Shown: positions 9,729-17,917 of the stretch, piece by piece
How positions within the stretch are numbered: position 1 is the stretch's first letter
Layout of the letters: every line of letters starts with the position of its first letter
IMG/VR virus record: IMGVR_UViG_3300025617_001484
Span: 8,790 to 72,789 of that record
DNA: 64,000 nt
Reading direction: 5' to 3' (one strand)
Origin: a virus
The notes under the pieces: generated by a model
Database searches by the model: none
What the model was told of the DNA's origin: nothing
The model's input: the letters and a program-made list of their open reading frames with translations, nothing else
Made by a program: the position numbers and the translations under genes

Positions 9729-10712
9729 TTAAAAGTCTACGTCCATATCGAACGTATTTTCAGTAGAGTCCATAACTCCAGCTTTTTGGTATTCACCAAC
9801 TCTCTTCTCGAAGAAGTTAGTTTTGCCCTGTAATGAAATGTTTGCCATGAAGTCAAATGGATTCTCCGAATTGAAGACCTTAGAACATCCAAGATCAACC
9901 AATAATCGGTCAGCGACAAATTCTAAATATTGCTTCATTAGATCTGCATTCATACCAATTAATTTAACTGGCAATGACTCTGTAATAAATTCCTTCTCAA
10001 TTTCAAGAGCACTTAGAATGATTTCCTTAATTCTTTCCTCTGAAACCTTATTAGCAAGATAATTATTGTGGAGCAAAACTGCAAAATCACAGTGCATTCC
10101 CTCGTCACGAGAAATGAGCTCGTTAGAGAAACTTAGACCAGGCATTAATCCGCGCTTTTTAAGCCAGAAGATAGAGCAGAATGAACCAGAAAAGAATATA
10201 CCCTCTACTGCAGCAAAAGCTACAAGTCTTTCCTGGAAATGTTCTGATTCTACCCATTTAAGAGCCCAATCAGCTTTTTTCTTCACAGCAGGAATGGTTT
10301 CAATCGCATTGAATAATTTCTTTTTCTCTTGCTGATCTGTAATATAAGTATCAATAAGGAGTGAATACGTTTCAGAGTGTATATTCTCCATCATAATCTG
10401 GAAGCCATAGAAAAACTTTGCTTCCGAATATTGTACTTCTCTTACAAAATTTTCAGCCAAATTTTCGTTTACTATACCATCGGAAGCAGCAAAGAAAGCT
10501 AGTACATGCTTTACAAAATGTCTTTCGTTATCGTTAAGCTTGTTTCTCCAATCATCAATATCAGCAGAAAGATCAATTTCTTCAGCAGTCCAGATGCAAG
10601 CCTGCTGTTTTTTGTACATGTCCCATATTTCATGTTGTTCTATTGGAAAAATGACAAATCTGTTTGCATTTTCCTCCAATATCGGTTCCGGTAGCGAATA
10701 GTCCTCCTTCAT
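9729..10712 (-). CDS. nrdB: Class Ia ribonucleotide reductase beta subunit
   Basis: [52 protein letters not shown]. Confidence 0.98.
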   Translation of the reverse strand: MKEDYSLPEPILEENANRFVIFPIEQHEIWDMYKKQQACIWTAEEIDLSADIDDWRNKLNDNERHFVKHVLAFFAASDGIVNENLAENFVREVQYSEAKFFYGFQIMMENIHSETYSLLIDTYITDQQEKKKLFNAIETIPAVKKKADWALKWVESEHFQERLVAFAAVEGIFFSGSFCSIFWLKKRGLMPGLSFSNELISRDEGMHCDFAVLLHNNYLANKVSEERIKEIILSALEIEKEFITESLPVKLIGMNADLMKQYLEFVADRLLVDLGCSKVFNSENPFDFMANISLQGKTNFFEKRVGEYQKAGVMDSTENTFDMDVDF

Positions 10713-10737
10713 AATTTAATACTTTGTTTTTTTTAGT

Positions 10738-11205
10738 TTAATAATTATTTGCCTGTCTTCGGCGGTTTTCCTCGTTCTTACTCATGTACATATTGTACAT
10801 CTCTTGGGCTGTCATCCCAATCGAGGCTGCATAATTCATAAAGAAATGTAGCATGTCAACTATCTCAAATTTGCATTCTACCTTATCAGATTCTGAAAGT
10901 TCTGAAAACTTCAGATCCGAATAAGTTGAATATGCAGATTTCCATTTTTTCCAAATGGCGTTTCCACCACCATCTTTGATTCCACCAAGAGCATCCGTTG
11001 CCTCGTGTATTTCATCAATGAGAGCGTGATTGTTCATGTGCCAGAATTCCATGAGTTCCCTCAAAGACATTTCTTTGAAGTTGTATCCATAAACATTCTC
11101 CTGAGTTTCTGCTTGTAGATTTAAAATGTCACCTAGAGTATCTTTCGATTCGGGATAAAGATTTTTGATCTGTAGGTCTGAGCATTGGTTATCTGTGTTT
11201 GCCAT
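10738..11205 (-). CDS. Dimeric all-alpha dCTPase/dUTPase, T4 gp56-like
   Basis: EIHE..DALGG...WKKWK...KFEIVDMLHFFMN...Y..KNEEN..RQ...Y matches the gp56/dUTPase_2 pattern. Confidence 0.85.
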   Translation of the reverse strand: MANTDNQCSDLQIKNLYPESKDTLGDILNLQAETQENVYGYNFKEMSLRELMEFWHMNNHALIDEIHEATDALGGIKDGGGNAIWKKWKSAYSTYSDLKFSELSESDKVECKFEIVDMLHFFMNYAASIGMTAQEMYNMYMSKNEENRRRQANNY

Positions 11206-11300
11206 ATTTATTATTTACAATAAGTTTTTTAATCCTTTCCCGTATCTAGGTTTTCTATATATCAAGTGGGTCCCTAGAGTGCGGTAATTTTGGAAAAGTT

Positions 11301-12713
11301 CTACGTTAATTTTTTCAATTGTTTCTCCAATTGGTCAATTTCTATCTGCAATTCCAGCATTCTTTTTTTCGTTTTCTTTCTTTTTGAATATAGATCCTTA
11401 ACTATAGTCTTTAAAATTGGGCTTTCGTCATCACCACCAAAGAGAGCTGTAGATGAAGTTTTTACCCATCCATCTCTAGCTTCAGAAACATCCTTTCCCA
11501 ATTTTCCTTTATAGACCTCCGGAGAAATTCCCCACTGTACAATAGTATTTGGGTATAGGGATGCAAAGTCGTAACAAGCAACCCATTCATGAAGTCCTTT
11601 GATGGGTTCTTTGACGTATCCACCAATAAACTTCACGTGACTTTCTTCTTTTCTTTCATTGACAAAGACCTGACCCCTTTCCAAGAATTTTTTGAGCATC
11701 ATTACCTCTGTAGCCCATACTGGAGAAAGTGCTCTACTAATTTCAACTCTATTCAAATTTGCAATCTTAAAGTATGTCAGTAGTGTTTTAAGCTTCACGT
11801 CGATATAATGAACAAGGGCACAGTCAATGACGTTATAGAGAATGAATTTAGGGAAGTCGGACTGGTAAAGGTCCCTTAAAGATCCTTCGTATACTATCTT
11901 CTTCAATCCTGTAGCCTTTTCCGCTACGTAGTCCAATCTATTACTCTCCTTGATCTTAATTGTTCTGTCCCATTTTTTATAGATATCAAGATAATCGACC
12001 ATTAATAGGTGCATGGGTAGATTGTTCTTTCCTATAAGCCAATTGGCTGGGGAAATTACTTTGGGATCGATGCCAAGTCTCCTAGCACGATTAACCAAAT
12101 AAGGCCAGTCGTATCCAAACCAGTTCCATCCAGTTATTAGTGGCATTTTAGGTGCCAATTTCTTGAAGAAGGTATAGAGCATATCATACTCTGATTCGAA
12201 TTGGTGATATTTGAAAGACCATTCGTCACCCATGGGTTTTAGATACTCGTTGGTCTTGTCATATATTTCAGCCTGCTCTTTCGGACTAAGTGGATCTAGA
12301 CCAAGTATAATCGACTTACACTTATCAGTAGCAATCCCAATCGAAAGTATCTTGTTCTTTGCATTAGCAGTGTCTAGTGAATCCCCCATCTCATCGGTCA
12401 TTTCAACCTCAATGTCGACGAAGTATTTCTTTGGGGTTTGGAAATCCCAAAGAGATTTTGTTAATTCCGGATCTGCCTCTTCAAGAATCTGAACCATCCT
12501 GTATTTGTCATACTTCTGTGTCTTTACCTTCCTAACTGGAACGCCGTCCCATGATTGCCAATCAGATTCCTTTCTTCTGTCTCCTGGGGAGCATTTTTCC
12601 CAGATGAATCTCTCTTTCTCCGGAACTGGAACATCAATAAAAATTAAATCCCCTTCTTCCGAAAAGGATGATACTTTTAAATAAGTCCCTTTGTTTTCTA
12701 TATCTACTATCAT
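11301..12713 (-). CDS. Family B DNA polymerase, N-terminal part only (exonuclease plus motif A; gp43A-like)
   Basis: ExoI VDIEVE, ExoII GWNWFGYDWPY, ExoIII YNVIDC, motif A YDFASLYPN; ends in the fingers without motifs B and C. Likely start is ATG 12713 rather than 12788. Confidence 0.9.
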   Translation of the reverse strand: MIVDIENKGTYLKVSSFSEEGDLIFIDVPVPEKERFIWEKCSPGDRRKESDWQSWDGVPVRKVKTQKYDKYRMVQILEEADPELTKSLWDFQTPKKYFVDIEVEMTDEMGDSLDTANAKNKILSIGIATDKCKSIILGLDPLSPKEQAEIYDKTNEYLKPMGDEWSFKYHQFESEYDMLYTFFKKLAPKMPLITGWNWFGYDWPYLVNRARRLGIDPKVISPANWLIGKNNLPMHLLMVDYLDIYKKWDRTIKIKESNRLDYVAEKATGLKKIVYEGSLRDLYQSDFPKFILYNVIDCALVHYIDVKLKTLLTYFKIANLNRVEISRALSPVWATEVMMLKKFLERGQVFVNERKEESHVKFIGGYVKEPIKGLHEWVACYDFASLYPNTIVQWGISPEVYKGKLGKDVSEARDGWVKTSSTALFGGDDESPILKTIVKDLYSKRKKTKKRMLELQIEIDQLEKQLKKLT

Positions 12714-12719
12714 GAAATA

Positions 12720-12739
12720 AAATTGAGATATCTCAATTT
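12720..12739. promoter_or_regulatory. Perfect 20-bp palindrome between divergent genes
   Basis: AAATTGAGATATCTCAATTT is its own reverse complement and sits directly upstream of the polymerase ATG at 12713. Confidence 0.6.
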
Positions 12740-12771
12740 GGCTTTGACCAAAAAAGATATATACAATACTT

Positions 12772-13092
12772 ATGGAAAGCAGGGTCAAAAGTTTCGAGAA
12801 ATTCCTTAATGAATATTATATTTCGTCCGCACCGGGAAGTGTGGTTGTACCAGGAGAATGGTACAAGGATAACGTGAACTCAAGAAACTATAGACCTGCA
12901 TATACGCAAACCCCACAAGTAGTGGATGCTATGTTCCAGAGCACAGATCTTTACAACTACCTAGACACATTGGCTGAGGAGGAAGAATTTACCAGCATGA
13001 TGAAGGATGGTAAAGAACCCAAAGAGATAATCAAGTACGTAAAGAAAAGAATTCACGAGGAGCTTTCAGCTAATGCTAAAACCTCAGAATAA
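12772..13092 (+). CDS. Hypothetical protein with capsid-targeting-like N-terminus
   Basis: 106 aa, MESRVKSFEKFLNE; GATATATA on the + strand at 12756-12763. Confidence 0.75.
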   Translation: MESRVKSFEKFLNEYYISSAPGSVVVPGEWYKDNVNSRNYRPAYTQTPQVVDAMFQSTDLYNYLDTLAEEEEFTSMMKDGKEPKEIIKYVKKRIHEELSANAKTSE

Positions 13093-13109
13093 AATAAGGA
13101 AGTATAACT

Positions 13110-13805
13110 TTGGATATAGTAGACCATAGTCTTTTCGAGGGTGCTTATTATGATCAACCACACCCAAAAGACTCGTTATTTATACACGACTCCAACGGTC
13201 ATTATAGACCAGATTGGCTAATCGAGTCATGGGGTAGAGATCGCAAGAACTCAACCAATAAGATAAGGTCAGCAAATGCCTTTGTAATAGGGGGTGTAGA
13301 TCCTTCTGGGAAAGGTGATAGAAAATATGATGGCCTAGTATACAGAGCTTTTGACGAGGAGATGTGGTCACACCACCTTTTTATAAAAGCAAAAAACAAC
13401 ACATTTCTAAATCAAAAGAGTATCGGGATAGAGATTTGCAACTATGGTCCTCTTACAAAAACGGAGTCTGGTGATTTCTACACACACACCAGCATAAAGG
13501 TAGCTAAAAGTCAAGTTACTGAATTAGAGAACCCATTTAGAGGAATCCGATATTACCACTCATACACAAATTCTCAGATTAAGTCATTAAAGAACTTAAT
13601 CCAATATCTTAGCGAAAAATATGAAATAGATCTCAAAAGGGGCATAAAGAAAGAGATGAATAACTTCGGAGTATATGGAGGATTTGAATTATCAGACGAT
13701 GCTCTAAAAGGAGGTCAAGGTTTGTGGTCACACACAAACGTTAGAGTTGATAAATTCGGTTGTTTCCCACACCCAGATTTAATTAAGATCATTAGATCTT
13801 TCTAA
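13110..13805 (+). CDS. N-acetylmuramoyl-L-alanine amidase (Amidase_2-like)
   Basis: LFIHDS, LNQKSIGIEICN, YTxxQIKSL, SHxxVRxDKxxCFP; TTG start. Confidence 0.75.
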   Translation: MDIVDHSLFEGAYYDQPHPKDSLFIHDSNGHYRPDWLIESWGRDRKNSTNKIRSANAFVIGGVDPSGKGDRKYDGLVYRAFDEEMWSHHLFIKAKNNTFLNQKSIGIEICNYGPLTKTESGDFYTHTSIKVAKSQVTELENPFRGIRYYHSYTNSQIKSLKNLIQYLSEKYEIDLKRGIKKEMNNFGVYGGFELSDDALKGGQGLWSHTNVRVDKFGCFPHPDLIKIIRSF

Positions 13806-14171
13806 ATAGGATTTTAGCTTTTTATCGGTTGGTACGAAATCACTTTTACCGTTTACAAAAATTTCCCATGATTCCTTACCGTATTTACCTATTCCCGGAA
13901 GATCCTCAACCTTATCAAAGCCAAGAATCCAAGCTTTGCTCATTTCTATGATTCTTCTAGACTTTACGTTACCAAATCCAGTAGATCTTATGATCTGATA
14001 AATTTTATCCGCAGGTACACTTGAACAATGTTCTGGAGATTTAATGAGTAAAAACAAATCATCAAGAACTTTTCTAACTTGATGGTTTGTTGTTTGGTTC
14101 AGTAGTATACAGATCACACTCATTTTCCAAGGGCTTTCTAAATAATCCTCCTGAATGAGTCTTTCTCTCAC
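13779..14171 (-). CDS. HhH-GPD DNA glycosylase, MBD4-like
   Basis: PWKxxVxCILLNQT, HhH LPGIGKYGxxSWxIF, PTDKKL with the catalytic Asp position retained. Confidence 0.85.
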   Translation of the reverse strand: MRERLIQEDYLESPWKMSVICILLNQTTNHQVRKVLDDLFLLIKSPEHCSSVPADKIYQIIRSTGFGNVKSRRIIEMSKAWILGFDKVEDLPGIGKYGKESWEIFVNGKSDFVPTDKKLKSYLERSNDLN

Positions 14172-14398
14172 AGTCTGTTTTTTAAAGTCTTAATATACGA
14201 GTTGACCTTTTGGTCAAATAAGGAAGCCGTGTCCGGATAGTTCTTTCCCATGATTGTAGAAAGCTTATTTATTACTGATATCCTATCCAGGACCATAACA
14301 TATTCTGGGTCATTCTCTTTTGCTATAATCTCAGATGCTACCTCTTTAGCAAATCTGTCAAACATTTCTTTCTCTCTAGACATAATAATAAAGCTCAA
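14168..14398 (-). CDS. Hypothetical protein
   Basis: 76 aa ORF with a 4-nt overlap onto the glycosylase start. Confidence 0.6.
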   Translation of the reverse strand: MSFIIMSREKEMFDRFAKEVASEIIAKENDPEYVMVLDRISVINKLSTIMGKNYPDTASLFDQKVNSYIKTLKNRL

Positions 14399-14449
14399 TA
14401 TTTTAGTTATCGAGCTTTATTAGAAGTTAAATTAAGAAAAATTTCGTAA

Positions 14450-14806
14450 TTAAGAGATCTTAATTTTCTTTGGCATAGATTCTTTCTTCTTAGATATCTT
14501 AATTTTTAAAATACCATCAGATATCTTACCACTTACAGAATCTGGATCAGCACCAATAGGGAGCTTAAACTTTTTAACAAAATCGTCTGTCCAATAAGAT
14601 TCATTATCCTCTCCACTTATAACTAGAAGGTTTCCGTCGATCTCAACCGAAATATCTTCCCGTGTAAATCCAGCAACTGGCAATTCTAGTAAATATTCGC
14701 TATCCTTCTCATCTACAAAATGACCTCTACTCTGGATTACTGGATTTGTGTTGTTTAAGATTTTTTCCATCATTTCCAATGGGTTGTAAATAGTTGATCT
14801 GCTCAT
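14450..14806 (-). CDS. Small heat shock protein (Hsp20/alpha-crystallin)
   Basis: LELPVAGFTREDISVEIDGNLLVISG...FKLP...DGILKIKI. Confidence 0.92.
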   Translation of the reverse strand: MSRSTIYNPLEMMEKILNNTNPVIQSRGHFVDEKDSEYLLELPVAGFTREDISVEIDGNLLVISGEDNESYWTDDFVKKFKLPIGADPDSVSGKISDGILKIKISKKKESMPKKIKIS

Positions 14807-14833
14807 TTTTTTTTATTTTTTTCATATGATAGT

Positions 14834-14848
14834 TCAAAACCTATTCCA
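14834..14848 (-). promoter_or_regulatory. Sigma54-like -24/-12 promoter upstream of hsp20
   Basis: Minus strand TGGAATAGGTTTTGA, that is GG-N10-GA, about 28 nt before the ATG. Confidence 0.4.
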
Positions 14849-14914
14849 TTACTAAAAAACAAAGAAAAAGGTGCCTTTTTGACACCTTTAAGCATTATCT
14901 TATGACTTTTCGTC

Positions 14915-15406
14915 TTATTTTTGCAAAGACTTCATCATTTCCTTAAAATCCTCGAAGCTTTTAACCACACGGTCTTTCTTCTTTTTCTTTTTGTTACCCT
15001 TCCCTGCTGCAGGAGTACCAACTGTTAAAGATGGGAATTTATCTCCAGATCCAACAGATCCACTATAAAAATCAGCATTGGTTCCTCCGGACGAAGGAGC
15101 TTGTACGTTACCCATTCCTTGTGTAGTACCTAGAGTAGCAAATGCTCCTCCCCCACCATCTGCAGGTGCACCACCTTCCATTTCTTGTAGCTCGTACCCC
15201 TCACAACCACAGCTTTTCATTTTTTCATCCATTTGCCATTTCTCAACACAATAGTTATTCTCATCAAGCCAATCCTTGATTTTAGACTCTATCGAATCTG
15301 GTGATTCCTGATCTTCCATAATTGGGGTATCTCCTTCACAGCACATACAAACAATTGTTCTTCCACTAGTAGAGTTTCCTGTTGGATAATACATTGATTC
15401 TATCAT
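14915..15406 (-). CDS. Hypothetical Gly-rich protein
   Basis: 163 aa; C-terminal poly-Lys followed by VVKSFEDF. Confidence 0.7.
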   Translation of the reverse strand: MIESMYYPTGNSTSGRTIVCMCCEGDTPIMEDQESPDSIESKIKDWLDENNYCVEKWQMDEKMKSCGCEGYELQEMEGGAPADGGGGAFATLGTTQGMGNVQAPSSGGTNADFYSGSVGSGDKFPSLTVGTPAAGKGNKKKKKKDRVVKSFEDFKEMMKSLQK

Positions 15407-15636
15407 TATTCTAATATTTTTTGAACATTCTTAGCAAAGATCCTTAGAGAATTTCCATCCTCATTCTTTACAGTATAACCAACAACATCTTTGTAAGAAT
15501 CGTATATAGGAGAGATTACAAGTAGCTTGTTACCACTATTATCTAAAACAAACTTACCTGTAAGATCATCGTATTGTTTTTTAACCTGAGTAGTTGTAGG
15601 CTGAGCTTGATTATTTTTATTGCATCCGCATCCCAT
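15406..15636 (-). CDS. Hypothetical protein (MGCGC start)
   Basis: 76 aa, stop/start overlap with the next gene. Confidence 0.7.
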   Translation of the reverse strand: MGCGCNKNNQAQPTTTQVKKQYDDLTGKFVLDNSGNKLLVISPIYDSYKDVVGYTVKNEDGNSLRIFAKNVQKILE

Positions 15637-15661
15637 ATTGGTGTTCTTTAGTTTATTATAT

Positions 15662-16072
15662 CTATCTATAATCTTTCCTCAATTCCTTCCTTCTTAAGTA
15701 ATTGAAAAGATATCTCAAGGCTTTTTTATATTCCTTTCCATTTCTGAATGGATCTGGGTAGGTTCTTATTGCATTACCTTGTCCCTCTGGGGTTTCTGAT
15801 GATGCTATTGGGTTATATCTTCTTACCACACCAGTTGGATGTACAGTATAAAAGACTTCACCATACCCATCAACCTCTGGCTGTCTCTTCCTTCTGAACT
15901 TAAGTGTGTTATTTAGCTCTTGCTGATCTGAGGTATCGTCAGAAAATCCAAGATCTATAATATCCCTATATGCATCAGATTTTCTTATCTTATTGAGATC
16001 TATGCTTCTCCTCTCATCCTCAAGATATTCAGATTTAGGATCATACTTGTCAAATTCAAAAAGATTTATCAT
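15662..16072 (-). CDS. Hypothetical protein
   Basis: 136 aa, overlaps the upstream gene by 4 nt. Confidence 0.7.
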   Translation of the reverse strand: MINLFEFDKYDPKSEYLEDERRSIDLNKIRKSDAYRDIIDLGFSDDTSDQQELNNTLKFRRKRQPEVDGYGEVFYTVHPTGVVRRYNPIASSETPEGQGNAIRTYPDPFRNGKEYKKALRYLFNYLRRKELRKDYR

Positions 16073-16506
16073 CCCTTCTTTCTTTCCTTTATCCAGTCTC
16101 TATAATCCTTCAGATTCTCGAGGTTTTTCTTACCTGGCTTATCCTTTTTAGCATCCGTATCTAGATAAGGTATAATAGGCTTAATTTCACCACCAAAAGT
16201 GATACTCGGAGTGAATGTTGGAACTCCCTTGGAACTAGCCATTCCAGGGGTGAATTTTTTCTCTTCCACTGGCTTACCGTCTTTCACATTCTCAGGCAAA
16301 TCACTAGACTTCGTTTTTGCAAACTTTTTTAGCTCCTTGTCAGTCATGGGTGCAACGAACTTCCCATCCTCGTCTTTATACCCAAAGGCAATCTTTTCAA
16401 TCTCTTTTCTATATTTAGGATTGATGTCCTTGAGCTTTAGATCGTTTTGTCTTAGAGCCCAAGATTGACCCATAATTGCTTGTTGTGCTTTACTAACTGA
16501 GGGCAT
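16069..16506 (-). CDS. Conserved phage protein (DUF3008-like N-terminus)
   Basis: MPSVSKAQQAIMG...MTDKELKKFAKTK..DLPE pattern. Confidence 0.6.
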   Translation of the reverse strand: MPSVSKAQQAIMGQSWALRQNDLKLKDINPKYRKEIEKIAFGYKDEDGKFVAPMTDKELKKFAKTKSSDLPENVKDGKPVEEKKFTPGMASSKGVPTFTPSITFGGEIKPIIPYLDTDAKKDKPGKKNLENLKDYRDWIKERKKG

Positions 16507-16507
16507 T

Positions 16508-16804
16508 TCAAATCTTATATTTTTCGTAGGGAGTAATGATTTTCATGCTCTCCTCTACTTTCTTATCGGTGTCCTCCTGTAAATAAAGACCTTTCATCTT
16601 TTTCTTTATCTCTGCGGGAGACATTGGCTTTGCGTTTAGTTCCCAGTTGGCTGAAGGGTCAACGATCTTTTTCTTTTTCTTTTTCCAATCTGGATAAGTC
16701 CAAAGCCATCTATTGTAACTCTTCCCAACTATCTCAAATCCCTTGTCTCCTGGTTGGATAGCAATAGGTGATTGTGGGGGAATGTAACTGCCTGTATTTG
16801 CCAT
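16508..16804 (-). CDS. Hypothetical protein
   Basis: 98 aa, translationally coupled to its neighbours. Confidence 0.7.
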   Translation of the reverse strand: MANTGSYIPPQSPIAIQPGDKGFEIVGKSYNRWLWTYPDWKKKKKKIVDPSANWELNAKPMSPAEIKKKMKGLYLQEDTDKKVEESMKIITPYEKYKI

Positions 16805-17010
16805 TATTCTATAACTGCTTCAATTTTGGATTTTGAAATCTGCGTGGTTTCAAAGAATCCAGTGGTTCCCTGCAGGAACTCTGCTACTTTTGTTTCAACC
16901 TCAAGTACAGACTCAGCTGCAACTAGAAATTCAGATCTGTGAATTACTGGATCACCATTTCTTTTGGTTTCAGTTGATTCAAAACTAACTTTTGCTACGT
17001 AATATCCCAT
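16804..17010 (-). CDS. DUF4494-like protein (Bacteroidota-type)
   Basis: YYVAKV...EFLVAAESVLEVE...ISKSKIEAVI pattern. Confidence 0.65.
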   Translation of the reverse strand: MGYYVAKVSFESTETKRNGDPVIHRSEFLVAAESVLEVETKVAEFLQGTTGFFETTQISKSKIEAVIE

Positions 17011-17075
17011 ATCATTTAATTTTACCTATTATATATCAACTTTAGTGTTTTATTCCATTCCTGATAAAAACAGAA

Positions 17076-17097
17076 AAGGCAGTCCGAAGACTGCCTT
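17076..17097 (-). terminator. Intrinsic terminator with cUUCGg tetraloop
   Basis: Minus strand AAGGCAGTC-TTCG-GACTGCCTT followed by a T-rich tract. Confidence 0.85.
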
Positions 17098-17119
17098 ATA
17101 CCTTTTGGTAGTTTAAGTA

Positions 17120-17296
17120 TTAAGAGTTGTTCTTAGCCTCTTGTACATCTAATCTTACCTGCTGAGCTAGTTTTTTAATTTCCTGCATAGCCTGACGAAC
17201 TCTAGTACCAGCAGCTTTGTTTCCTTTCTCAACAAACTTTTCTACGTCAGCTTGTGCAGCTTCCATAACTTCTTTGATCTGATCAAAATTTTTCAT
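17120..17296 (-). CDS. Histone H1-like (Hc1 family) small basic protein
   Basis: Absent from the ORF track (58 aa). Manual translation: MKNFDQIKEVMEAAQADVEKFVEKGNKAAGTRVRQAMQEIKKLAQQVRLDVQEAKNNS, with the GNKAAGTRxR signature. Confidence 0.85.
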   Translation of the reverse strand: MKNFDQIKEVMEAAQADVEKFVEKGNKAAGTRVRQAMQEIKKLAQQVRLDVQEAKNNS

Positions 17297-17352
17297 AATT
17301 GTATAAATTTTCCTTTTTTATATAGGGTTTAGTAATAAATGTTTCGATTTGA

Positions 17353-17892
17353 TTATCTGCTAAAAATAAATGTCCCCTTGTGGGATCCTTCTTGCATAGA
17401 CCATTCAGGACCTAAGAATGACAATAAAACTGATTTAGTCATATCCTCATAATTTTCAATATCCATATTATCTTGCATTTCATCAAATATACGAACAACT
17501 TTAGGATTTTTCTCTAAGTAATTTGTAAGAGCCTTAGATATTTGTTCCAAAAATCTGCTTAGATTATTATCCTTTAAACTAAATTTCTGGTCATTCAGAT
17601 CAGGAACATCAGATTTTTTAATAGCAATATCCTCAATAACCTCTGGGGAAATCTCGTTTATGCTCATAACAGCATATGAGTTTTTTGGGCCTTCCATTGA
17701 TTCATATTTGGAGTATTTACCAACAACCAACATAAATCCCTTTTGTTCTCCATTCTCGAGTTCGAGCTGGAATAGGTAATTATAGATGTCTCCATCCTTC
17801 ATAAGAAGAAATGGAAAAGTTCCAAACCCGTCTCCCTCATTCACTTTGTTAGATTTAAGAAAGTCCGTAAAATTTTGTATTTTTTTATCCAC
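17353..17892 (-). CDS. Hypothetical protein with capsid-targeting-like N-terminus
   Basis: 179 aa, GTG start, MDKKIQNFTDFLKSNKVNE; GATATATA at 17912-17919. Confidence 0.75.
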   Translation of the reverse strand: MDKKIQNFTDFLKSNKVNEGDGFGTFPFLLMKDGDIYNYLFQLELENGEQKGFMLVVGKYSKYESMEGPKNSYAVMSINEISPEVIEDIAIKKSDVPDLNDQKFSLKDNNLSRFLEQISKALTNYLEKNPKVVRIFDEMQDNMDIENYEDMTKSVLLSFLGPEWSMQEGSHKGTFIFSR

Positions 17893-17917
17893 TTTTTAGT
17901 TTATATTTTTTTATATA

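Noticed and set aside
12714-12788. Longer polymerase start at 12788 giving a hydrophobic N-terminus
   Set aside because: It overlaps the divergent gene, its promoter motif and the palindrome. ATG 12713 (MIVDIE) is a more plausible start.
15406-15636. MGCGC N-terminus as a eukaryotic myristoylation/palmitoylation signal, implying a giant eukaryotic virus
   Set aside because: Surrounding genes (gp32, gp61, UvsW, gp6, gp25, amidase) and the operon structure indicate a bacteriophage, so the motif alone is not informative.
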